Source: a virus (lineage: Duplodnaviria; Caudoviricetes). From it: a stretch of DNA of 52,936 nt. The stretch is taken from positions 1 through 52,936 of the IMG/VR virus record IMGVR_UViG_3300032213_002156; one strand, given 5' to 3'. The notes under the pieces were generated by a model, which saw nothing but the letters and a program-made list of their open reading frames with translations, did not search any database and was not told the DNA's origin. The position numbers and the translations under genes were made by a program. Positions 21,201-28,585 of the stretch are shown here, piece by piece (position 1 is the stretch's first letter; each line of letters opens with the position of its first letter).

Positions 21201-21720
21201 CAGGACGACCGTAACGTTGAGTGTCAACCATTGCGGCATTTAAAATAGCAGTGAATTGTTCTTGCCAGTTAAAGTTAGTTGGGTCCGCCCAATTAACAGT
21301 AATGTTGGCCAAGTTGATGCCATTGTAGTCCACAATATTTTCCGTTGTTTGAACTGAAAATACTTTAAGGTATCCTGAAGCTTCTGTGTTGCGTTTAGGA
21401 GTGTAACTGACTAGATTAGCAAGTTTAACAACACTGTCACGACGTTCGGCAGTGTCTAAATAATTTTCACGTGTGTTGAGGTCAGTACGGAAGGCCAGTG
21501 CTTGACCCATGAATGCCATTACATCTAGCAAGGCAATAAATTCACTTGACTCAATATAGTCGTTGAATGTTTCAGGGTAATACAGTCGTATGTAATCAAC
21601 AAAACTCTTGCGAAGAGTTTCAAAGTCATAACTTTGGAAGTTGGCTTCTTGGTAGGTTTGATAGATTGCTTTCCAATCCTCAACACCAAATACCGCAGTT
21701 TGTCTAGTAGTTTTTGCCAT
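18286..21720 (-). CDS. gp6: Baseplate wedge subunit, gp6-like (1144 aa)
   Basis: 'DFETLRKS...ENYLDTAERRDSVVKLANLVSY', 'FGDGVF' and 'ETLDEIKQRAPARYYTQNRMVNGEDY' are gp6/baseplate-J family motifs; adjacent to gp25. Confidence 0.85.
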   Translation of the reverse strand: MAKTTRQTAVFGVEDWKAIYQTYQEANFQSYDFETLRKSFVDYIRLYYPETFNDYIESSEFIALLDVMAFMGQALAFRTDLNTRENYLDTAERRDSVVKLANLVSYTPKRNTEASGYLKVFSVQTTENIVDYNGINLANITVNWADPTNFNWQEQFTAILNAAMVDTQRYGRPGNKTTINGIRTDEYTINLLPGFLPVIPYSSVIDGVNMPFEAVSATASGRGYIYEPSPRPNGQFNVLFRNDQLGFASANTGFFFLFKQGVLQNQDFNLPERISNRAVNINIEGVNNTDRWLYQLDNVGTISREWEFVESVYTAAAEQLTTLRPIYSVTSRANDQITMNFGDGVFSEIPVGTFRAYVRASNGLQYIINPEEMQNVLLSISYVSRTGQLETLTLNCGITEPVSNALARETLDEIKQRAPARYYTQNRMVNGEDYNNFPFTAYNSIIKSKALNRASIGTSRYLDLVDNTGKYSSTNTFSSDGALYEYNALPTFLFSWLTTNEISDILTNQIEVNLANSPAKQFYYANFPRPALLQLAVTWNESTTMANETTGYFKNSAGKPVPLGQYTTSNMQYVQVGSLIKFIPPAGYYFDANNQLVLGTPTRADEKLVVWASAQAIYLDGTNQNLGNFSNGVGPVVLNNFVPTGAVCSQVIPLFVTDLGTEVRNNAAAQIELYRNFGLGYDNLTKTWYLITANNLAIDATWSQTYAGNTTGANLDASWFLQFVTDGESYTVTSRALNYYFGSVLQTRFFFYGDEQIYDSRTGTTIRDFVKVLKTNSKPDSNLPLESDISMRIIDQPVQPDGYVDDYQVLVSWQDNDADGVPDDPDFFNTIVAPNVNPTTKNVFFQQIVDFDNLQRYVLVEPGVINSQYATMDDIEVVKAQYVVGQVFYAYGVYNTTTLTYTTPPAFYILSLTTTGTTELVTTSDYITRIGRQDLAFQYRHNSALTNRIDPGSTNIIDVYVVTQAYYTAYRNYIVDATGTVPEPDPPSLDTLTTEYAGLQDYKMISDNMIINSVDFKPLFGIKAAPELRATIKVIRASGSTASVSEIKSLVVTFINSYFAIENWNFGDTFYFSELSGYLHQNIGDVVSSVVLVPISPQKSFGDLYEIRSAPNQIFVNAATVADIQVIEALTSTNLKTASGSGVI

Positions 21721-21739
21721 AATAATCCATCTTGTAGAT

Positions 21740-21759
21740 TATTTATGGCGAAAATAAAC
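21740..21759 (-). promoter_or_regulatory. Extended late promoter GTTTATTTTCGCCATAAATA (copy 1)
   Basis: Contains ATAAATA 19 nt upstream of the gp6-like ATG; 19/20 identical to 30633-30652. Confidence 0.65.
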
Positions 21760-21773
21760 CACCCAGTTTATGT

Positions 21774-22148
21774 TTAGACGTAGCCTGCAGTTTGATTTTG
21801 CTGATCAAAAAACAGTGTTAAGAATTGTGTTGTTTGGCCAGGAACAGTGTCCAATGCTATCTGTATAAGTATGCCATTATCTTGCGGAAATAATTCAACC
21901 GTTTGTATATAGATTCTAGGATCTAGTCCGGCAACACGTTGTATTTCTGCCAGTATAGCTCGTTCAGTATCTTGTGTTTGATTTTCAAACAGGTAACTCC
22001 AGATCACTGTGCCATACCCAGGACGTCCAACCAGTTGCCCTTGCTGTATGTTAAATGCATTCAGCAAGTCGCGCTTGATTAACTCAAAGTCTACCAGTGT
22101 AAACTTCTTTGGCTGGTTGATAGTGTTGAATCCCACAAATGTTGTCAT
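21774..22148 (-). CDS. gp25: Baseplate wedge/sheath initiator, gp25-like (124 aa)
   Basis: 'LIKRDLLNAFNIQQGQLVGRPGYGTVIWSYLFE...DPRI' matches the GPW/gp25 family pattern; size and position fit. Confidence 0.88.
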   Translation of the reverse strand: MTTFVGFNTINQPKKFTLVDFELIKRDLLNAFNIQQGQLVGRPGYGTVIWSYLFENQTQDTERAILAEIQRVAGLDPRIYIQTVELFPQDNGILIQIALDTVPGQTTQFLTLFFDQQNQTAGYV

Positions 22149-22156
22149 AGTAATAT

Positions 22157-23269
22157 TTACCCTAATCTAGCCGTTACACTGCTTAACGCATTTCTGGCGC
22201 CGGTTACACCACTTGATGCAAATGCTGAGTCTACTGCCGCAATTCTACCAGTTGTAAGATCAACTCCTGCACCTTGTAAGCCAGCGGTAAAGCTGCCTGC
22301 TAATGCACCGGTAGCATCCAAGCCGCCTGCTAACAGTCCTTTGGCTTTGCTTGCCGCATTAGTTAATGCAGATGTATCAACTGCTTGCGGACTAAAATTA
22401 GGCAATGCTATTTTTGCACTGCCGACTAGTTTAGCAGTGGCAGCATTTAGTGTAGCTCTATCAACGGTCCCTTTAAATCCTGCAGCCGGAACAATGCCAG
22501 CCACTGCCGCAGGCAATTTAGTGTCGCTAAAATTAACTGCAAACTGCCCTTGCTTGGCCAACGAATCCATTTGACTTTTTAATCCAGATGTTAAACTGCT
22601 GGCAGCACCTGACAGTGCTCCAGTTGCTCCTGCGGCGCCGCCCGACAGTGCTCCGGTTATTCCAGATATAGAGCCAGTGGATCCCTTTGCCCAGTCAACT
22701 GCGGTGCCAACTCCAAATTTACTAGCATTGGCCAACAGTCCTCCAAGTTGTGCTGTACCTTTATTGGCCAATGACGACACACTACCTAGGTTGCCAGTGA
22801 TACTGCCGGCGCCGCCGGCGAGGCTGCTAACTGTTCCAGATAAAGCGTTAACTGCTCCAGAGACTCCACCTGATGCAAATGCCGAGTCTATTCCTGGAAT
22901 TTTTCCTGTACCCAGATCAACTCCTGCTCCTTTTAAACTATTAGCAAACCCGCTGGTTAGACTGGATAAGCTGCCAGAGGCCAAACCACCTAATGCCTTG
23001 GGCACTTCGGTTAGACCGGCAGTAGGTGATATCAAACTCTTTCCGGCATTTGCGGCCGCATTATATAATAATCCTGTTGGTGCTTTTAAATCTGTACCGG
23101 GAGTTACAATTTCTCCAGTTTTAACTAGTGTGTCAAAACTAGACTTCATTAACCCAAACTGTATTTTATCTTGCAGTGGGGGATTTTTTAACAAGTCGGT
23201 TACCCCGGCCACTCCATTTTTGCCAGTCCACACACTGGGACTTTTTAATACATCAGTTAATCCACTCAT
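22157..23269 (-). CDS. Gly/Ala/Ser-rich baseplate-associated protein (370 aa)
   Basis: Coupled by TAATG to the upstream ORF. Low-complexity, with an internal ~31-aa duplication. Confidence 0.6.
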   Translation of the reverse strand: MSGLTDVLKSPSVWTGKNGVAGVTDLLKNPPLQDKIQFGLMKSSFDTLVKTGEIVTPGTDLKAPTGLLYNAAANAGKSLISPTAGLTEVPKALGGLASGSLSSLTSGFANSLKGAGVDLGTGKIPGIDSAFASGGVSGAVNALSGTVSSLAGGAGSITGNLGSVSSLANKGTAQLGGLLANASKFGVGTAVDWAKGSTGSISGITGALSGGAAGATGALSGAASSLTSGLKSQMDSLAKQGQFAVNFSDTKLPAAVAGIVPAAGFKGTVDRATLNAATAKLVGSAKIALPNFSPQAVDTSALTNAASKAKGLLAGGLDATGALAGSFTAGLQGAGVDLTTGRIAAVDSAFASSGVTGARNALSSVTARLG

Positions 23270-23796
23270 TATGGTTGTCCTAAAAATCTAGCAGTGGTGC
23301 CGCATTTTAAATATCCGGCATCTTCTAATTGTTGCGCACTCAACCCATACTTACCAACACCTAGTTCATCAGTTACAACATCAGCAGGTTGGCACACACT
23401 GGCTGCTATTGCAGCCATAACAGCCTGGACCTGTGATGTTGATAGTGGACCTATGCCTTCTGTTACAGTTGATTGATCTACATAGTCTGCCACTGTGATG
23501 CCATTGTTAATGGGCACATCGGTAAGAATTGGCAACGAAGATATTATACCACCGTTATAAATTGCCAACAATGGGGTATCTGGGACACCTGCTGTGCCGC
23601 GATCAAGTCGAGATTGAGTAAACTGAACGGTCATAGTTTCTCGAGACTGTAGTTGATCGCCTGACCGTAATCCAACAAATGCGCCAGCGGCCAATTGTTC
23701 AAGATATATTTTCTCTGCCTGTGCTCGTGTTGCGCCACTGGGACCATCTAAGGTAAACAATTGTCCGTTTGGCAGTGTAAATGTAAATTTAACCAT
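23269..23796 (-). CDS. Baseplate-associated hypothetical protein (~175 aa), possibly the N-terminal half of a lysozyme-like domain
   Basis: ATG at 23796 (MVKFTFTLPNG) with an AAGGTG SD is preferred over GTG 23805. Ends in 'GVGKYGLSAQQLEDAGYLK'. Confidence 0.55.
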   Translation of the reverse strand: MVKFTFTLPNGQLFTLDGPSGATRAQAEKIYLEQLAAGAFVGLRSGDQLQSRETMTVQFTQSRLDRGTAGVPDTPLLAIYNGGIISSLPILTDVPINNGITVADYVDQSTVTEGIGPLSTSQVQAVMAAIAASVCQPADVVTDELGVGKYGLSAQQLEDAGYLKCGTTARFLGQP

Positions 23797-25318
23797 TTGC
23801 TTCACCTTCTACTGTGCCGCTCCAACCAGATGGCAATGGCGGGGTGTTAGGCGGGGTAGTCGGCTGTCCTTCCTCCATTGCAATTTCAACTTCTACACCT
23901 TGATTATGGAAAGGCCACGGTTCGTGTGTGGGGGCTCGTGTCACAATGCTTTCTAATCCTGTGGCTGAAATTTGCCATCCTGTTGCATTGTTAAACTCTG
24001 TGTCGGGCATTATACGTTTTTCTAATTTAATAGGAGGTTCTACATTTTCAGCAGATCCACCATTGAGATCAATGCCGCCGGCCCGCAATACCATTGCACC
24101 ACCAGCATTCCAAGATCCATTGTTACTGACCATTGCAAGACTGCCATCAGCACGTACCCCAATGCGAGCTTTACTGTAAAGAGTCATTTCATCGTTGCTG
24201 GTCAACGTTATTGTTTTTTCACTTTCTAATGTTGTGCCAGTCATACTTTTCATATTGATTGTGCCGCCGGCAAACATATTAATATCTTTGTCTGCATGTA
24301 GATTAATTGTACCTTGTGTGCGAACGTTGACTGAGTTTGTGGCATACACATCAACTGTGCCTTCTTGTCCAAACTCTAACCACGTTTGTCCATTGGCATG
24401 TATGATGTAAAAGAAGTTGCCGTCATCACTCATTGTGATTTGGTGCCCGGCAGCAGTACGAATTCGTACCAACTTATCGTCGCCTTCTAAGTTTCCATCA
24501 TCGAGAACAATACTATGCCCACCTTGGCGGCCAATGATATTAATGTCTGAAGCAGTAATTGACCCAGAGGCAATGCGTTTTTTAATGTCATCTTCGCTGA
24601 TACCACCTTGATATACTGGACGCCCTGGTGTGCTTAACCCAAACACAGCACTTGGACTTTCTCGTTGGCTTGTTGAACCAATGGGACCTCGCTGTGTATC
24701 GCCAAGTGTTCCTTGTTGAAACATTTCTGCGGCTAAAAAACTATGTACTGGTTTTGGCTGATTAAAAAATTGCGGATTATCGTCAATTTTAGTATTGTTT
24801 GGATTGATCTCTGTCACTGGCAACACCGTGGCGCCGTTGTAGTAGCTCTTTTGATCGCTGTTTTGCAAATCAAACGCCTTGCTTGATCCAATTGCAGGAA
24901 CCATGTGCATTATGCCGGCGTTTGGAATGCAGCCTATATAGTATCCAAGACTTGGGTCGCCACCAGCAAATACGCACAACACACTGACTCCGACATCAGG
25001 TGGTGTAAACCACATACCATAACTTTGTGGGTTACCATTGAGATACCCGCCAACACTGTCAGTATCACCTTTCTTGCCAGGACTTGGCGGTGTTGATCCG
25101 TAAAATGATGGACAATAACTAACGGTGCGCCATAGTGTTTTATCTTCTGGATCTGGCCCGGCAAACTGCTCAATGTAAACTTGTAGGCGGCCTTGTCTGG
25201 TAGGATCAACGTTGTTTTTTACCACACCAACAAATGGCCCAAAGTCCGCAGGTGTGCCACCACGGTCAAATTTGTAGTTTTGGGCAACGCCGCCATTTCT
25301 AATAATATTATCTGACAT
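23789..25318 (-). CDS. gp5: Baseplate central spike, gp5/VgrG-like (509 aa)
   Basis: OB-fold 'GVVKNNVDPTRQGRLQVYI...GMWFTPPDVGVSVLCVF', 'GHSIVLDD...IRTAAGHQITMSD', beta-helix repeats, and a His-containing tip 'PTHEPWPFH'. No T4-lysozyme insert is evident. Confidence 0.8.
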   Translation of the reverse strand: MSDNIIRNGGVAQNYKFDRGGTPADFGPFVGVVKNNVDPTRQGRLQVYIEQFAGPDPEDKTLWRTVSYCPSFYGSTPPSPGKKGDTDSVGGYLNGNPQSYGMWFTPPDVGVSVLCVFAGGDPSLGYYIGCIPNAGIMHMVPAIGSSKAFDLQNSDQKSYYNGATVLPVTEINPNNTKIDDNPQFFNQPKPVHSFLAAEMFQQGTLGDTQRGPIGSTSQRESPSAVFGLSTPGRPVYQGGISEDDIKKRIASGSITASDINIIGRQGGHSIVLDDGNLEGDDKLVRIRTAAGHQITMSDDGNFFYIIHANGQTWLEFGQEGTVDVYATNSVNVRTQGTINLHADKDINMFAGGTINMKSMTGTTLESEKTITLTSNDEMTLYSKARIGVRADGSLAMVSNNGSWNAGGAMVLRAGGIDLNGGSAENVEPPIKLEKRIMPDTEFNNATGWQISATGLESIVTRAPTHEPWPFHNQGVEVEIAMEEGQPTTPPNTPPLPSGWSGTVEGEANG

Positions 25319-26871
25319 TATGTATCTCTATTAATTTTTTGCACTGGTTTAGTTGTTGTCTCTCTGGCTGCATTGGCCAACGCGGCCCGCTCACGCAAAC
25401 TGCCCGGTCTAATATTAGGATTGCCCAATTGCGTTCCTTTTGCCAGTATTGGATTTCCAGTGGCAGCGCCGCCAGCAGTGTCGCTAAATGTAGGGACCGG
25501 AATTGCCTTTTCCAAGGCCGCCGGTCGCACACCAGCATCAACTGTGGTAGTGGTATCTCGTTCTGTTGAGCTAGTTGGCTTGGCGGAACTTGTGTCCAAC
25601 AAGTCAATGAATACACCTTTAAGCTCTTGTTCAAATTTACCTCTGCTGAATTTACTAACACAGTGTGATGCTTTATATGTATAAATGGCCTGTGGTGCAC
25701 TAGAAACATTAGGGTTTGCTAACCCAGTTCCAGTCAAGTCATAATCTACGCCAGGATTCCATTGTAGGTCAAAAATAATTTCTTGTGCGTCAAAGTTAAT
25801 TGAACCATCCGCATTGAACGGATTAAAATTATAATTGGTTGAGCTGACACCTGTGGCTGCTTCACCTTGTTGGAGCCAAGCAGGATCACCAACAATGGTT
25901 AACTCACACTTGGCAATGTCTGTTTTACTGTACAAATAATCAGCGGCTGATGCACCCACTGCATTGGCTTGGCCTTCTGCGCCCTGGCTGCTACTTCCTG
26001 CCACTGCTGCCTGATATTCTCGCGGCGGCGATTCTCTATTATTTGCTATCCTGGCATCTGTTAAGATTTTCGGATTGGTAAAAGTTGTAGCGTACAGTTT
26101 ATTAAACTTTTGTTCAAATTTAAGAACCTGTGTGTTCTGCCCGGTGAACCAGTATTTGTAACTTTTGTGTCGGCCACGGATCTTGCTTTTTGGAAAATAT
26201 TCACTTTGCATACTGTTTATAGGATATGCAGAAATTACATACGTAATATCATAAGCAAAATCATTACGTTTGGTATCAAACGGTAGTATTGGTGTGGTTT
26301 GCACAGAAATTTTATACCACATCAAATCACCTAATGGTTTTTGAGGTTTTACTTCGTTGGTGACTTCGTCGTTGATATACGCTGCCTGGTCAGCAATGTA
26401 CGTGCTGTTTTTTAATATTTCATTAAGAATAACTACAATTGGTGTTCCAGCACGAAAGTCAAATGTTCTAACATCGTAGTCAGCAGAGTTGCTTTCAGGA
26501 TTAACTTTGTCAGCAGGATTTTTTGCCTGTTGCATTGGAACTTTTGCTTTGTTAGGTTTTCCACCCTTGGTTACACGGGCATCACCAAGTGCCGCTGGAG
26601 CAAATTCTACGCTATATTTGTTTGCTACTTCCCATACGCCCGTTTTAACCAACTCGGCTTCTGTTTTGTTCAGTGATTCTATCAGACCAACTGCAATATT
26701 TTTGTTTACGCTCGGAGCCGCATTGGCCTTGGGCGGTGCGTCTGCACTGGTAGAGGACGGAGTAGTGGTAGTGGTAGTAGTGGTGGTACGACCAGGCGCA
26801 GATGTTCCTCTAACAGGACCGCTTCCGGCATTGTTAGCACGACCAGGTGCCGATGTTCCAGTTGTTGCCAT
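25318..26871 (-). CDS. Baseplate hub protein, gp27/gpD-like C-terminal part (~517 aa)
   Basis: True start likely ATG 26871, which has a strong GAGGAGGAG SD, rather than 26910. 'Y.YWFTGQN', 'LTIVGDPAWL' and 'VSKFSRGKFEQEL' hub-type motifs; directly upstream of the spike. Confidence 0.6.
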   Translation of the reverse strand: MATTGTSAPGRANNAGSGPVRGTSAPGRTTTTTTTTTPSSTSADAPPKANAAPSVNKNIAVGLIESLNKTEAELVKTGVWEVANKYSVEFAPAALGDARVTKGGKPNKAKVPMQQAKNPADKVNPESNSADYDVRTFDFRAGTPIVVILNEILKNSTYIADQAAYINDEVTNEVKPQKPLGDLMWYKISVQTTPILPFDTKRNDFAYDITYVISAYPINSMQSEYFPKSKIRGRHKSYKYWFTGQNTQVLKFEQKFNKLYATTFTNPKILTDARIANNRESPPREYQAAVAGSSSQGAEGQANAVGASAADYLYSKTDIAKCELTIVGDPAWLQQGEAATGVSSTNYNFNPFNADGSINFDAQEIIFDLQWNPGVDYDLTGTGLANPNVSSAPQAIYTYKASHCVSKFSRGKFEQELKGVFIDLLDTSSAKPTSSTERDTTTTVDAGVRPAALEKAIPVPTFSDTAGGAATGNPILAKGTQLGNPNIRPGSLRERAALANAARETTTKPVQKINRDT

Positions 26872-26872
26872 G

Positions 26873-28282
26873 TTATGCTCCTCCTCTTGTTCCGCGATTG
26901 CCGCCGGCATCTGCCGGCGGAGTGGCTGTTGGTGTTGCTGGAGTAGCAGGTGCAGGAGTTGTTTTTCTTCCGTCAGCCGGTGACACCTCGGCCAATGCCA
27001 CTCCTTTGGTCATTAAATCTTTTACAGTAGCGCCTGAGATTTCAATATTTGCTTTAATCACTCCTAAGTTTGTTCCAAATCCCACTGTGTACGGAATTGC
27101 AACTCCTTTAACACGATATTCAATCAACTTATTAGACACTGTAAAGTCAATGTCGGCCAACTTGAAAGGTATAATTTTTTCTACAACAGCATTTTTATTG
27201 TCAGAGTCGCTGGCTTGTACAATTTTTCCATTTTCGTCATACCCGTAAAATCTTATAACCAGTGCATATATTGCGGCCGAATATGGTATCTTAGAATCTT
27301 TATATGCGGCCTTTACTGCGTTCCAGAGATTGTCAATAAGCGTTATTCCTGCAGTTTCAGTTACTGAAAAACTTAGTTCTGCGGCATTGTGTGCGCTGTT
27401 GCTGCCTTTACCTGTGATAACACTTTTTATTTCCAAGTTATCAAAATAGTAATCTAGTCCAAAAAATGGATTTCTTCCAGCAGACCGAGAAACACCGGCC
27501 ACTGCACCACCAGTTGTTAATTCGGGTTGCACCCCTTCAACAGTTGACGGTGCACCACCACTTTGAATCAATAAGTTGTATTGGCTTATGGTCATCTTCC
27601 TGGTTTTTTGTAAAGCAGTATATTGCTCTGGCGTCATTAGATACCAACCGATGTTGTAAGTATAACTGGCATATTGATCCAACACATTATTTCTTGGAGC
27701 AAATGCTGATTGGTTGGCTTGTGCGGCTGCTATAATTTGTTTTGTGTTTGCCGCTGTGGCGCCATCTTCGCCTGCGGCACCAACGCCGGGCTGGCCGCCT
27801 GGGCGACCTTCTGAATTAAGAGGAGTATATAGTTCTCCTGTTTCTGGGTTTCGTCGAGATGTTGCCAATCCGCCTTCTTCGTTGTACACTGGCAAGCCTG
27901 ACGTGTTGTTAACTGACTGTGTTTCTGTTAAGGTCTTTACAGGAGGGTTAGTGCCATATTCAGTGTTTTGTGCCAGTGTGGCAGCTTCAGTGGTTGTGAG
28001 ACGTCCAGTACTGGTCGGTGGTGTTGGGGGATTCTGTGTGGCACCGGCTGCACTGGCAGCAACACTCGAGGCCGCGGATTGCGTGGGCGTTTGCAGTGCA
28101 GCCAACTGAGATTGTAATGCGGCAATTTGTCCAGGAATGGTTGCCACTTCATTGGCATATCTTGCTAGTATTGCTTGATTACTTTGCAAATTTCTATTCA
28201 ATGAGGCAAGCCCATTTTGGGCAATACGAAGTCTTCCTTGTAAACGAGCAATTTCTGCTTGTAGTTCTGATGCAGTTGCCAT
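26873..28282 (-). CDS. Baseplate hub-associated protein (469 aa) with N-terminal coiled coil
   Basis: 'NVLDQYASYTYNI...DYYFDNLEI...FSVTETAGITLIDNL...LVIRFYGYD' resembles the N-terminal half of large hub proteins; lies between the gp53-like and spike genes. Confidence 0.55.
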   Translation of the reverse strand: MATASELQAEIARLQGRLRIAQNGLASLNRNLQSNQAILARYANEVATIPGQIAALQSQLAALQTPTQSAASSVAASAAGATQNPPTPPTSTGRLTTTEAATLAQNTEYGTNPPVKTLTETQSVNNTSGLPVYNEEGGLATSRRNPETGELYTPLNSEGRPGGQPGVGAAGEDGATAANTKQIIAAAQANQSAFAPRNNVLDQYASYTYNIGWYLMTPEQYTALQKTRKMTISQYNLLIQSGGAPSTVEGVQPELTTGGAVAGVSRSAGRNPFFGLDYYFDNLEIKSVITGKGSNSAHNAAELSFSVTETAGITLIDNLWNAVKAAYKDSKIPYSAAIYALVIRFYGYDENGKIVQASDSDNKNAVVEKIIPFKLADIDFTVSNKLIEYRVKGVAIPYTVGFGTNLGVIKANIEISGATVKDLMTKGVALAEVSPADGRKTTPAPATPATPTATPPADAGGNRGTRGGA

Positions 28283-28285
28283 AGT

Positions 28286-28585
28286 TTAAAATCCCAGTAC
28301 CGAACGCAAGGTGCTCAACTTGGGCACGTAGATAAATGTGTCGATCACAAAGTCCAATGGAGGCTTTGTCAGTGTGTTGGGATTGCGCTGATAAAACACC
28401 CACCACAGTCCAGCAGAGTCGTACAAGTCGTAGGCCAACAGATCAGGACGATACTGATAGGTTTGATTGATTGTGAATGGTAAATCATCCGTTTGGCTTG
28501 GTATTGGTCTATTGACCATGGTATCCAAAAAGAACTGACTGTAGCCTGTGGTATAGTACGGACTGGTTGCGTTATAAGTTGACAT
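28286..28585 (-). CDS. gp53: Baseplate wedge protein, gp53/LysM-like (99 aa)
   Basis: 'YQYRPDLLAYDLYDSAGLWWVF...N' is the gp53/LysM-type signature. Confidence 0.8.
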   Translation of the reverse strand: MSTYNATSPYYTTGYSQFFLDTMVNRPIPSQTDDLPFTINQTYQYRPDLLAYDLYDSAGLWWVFYQRNPNTLTKPPLDFVIDTFIYVPKLSTLRSVLGF

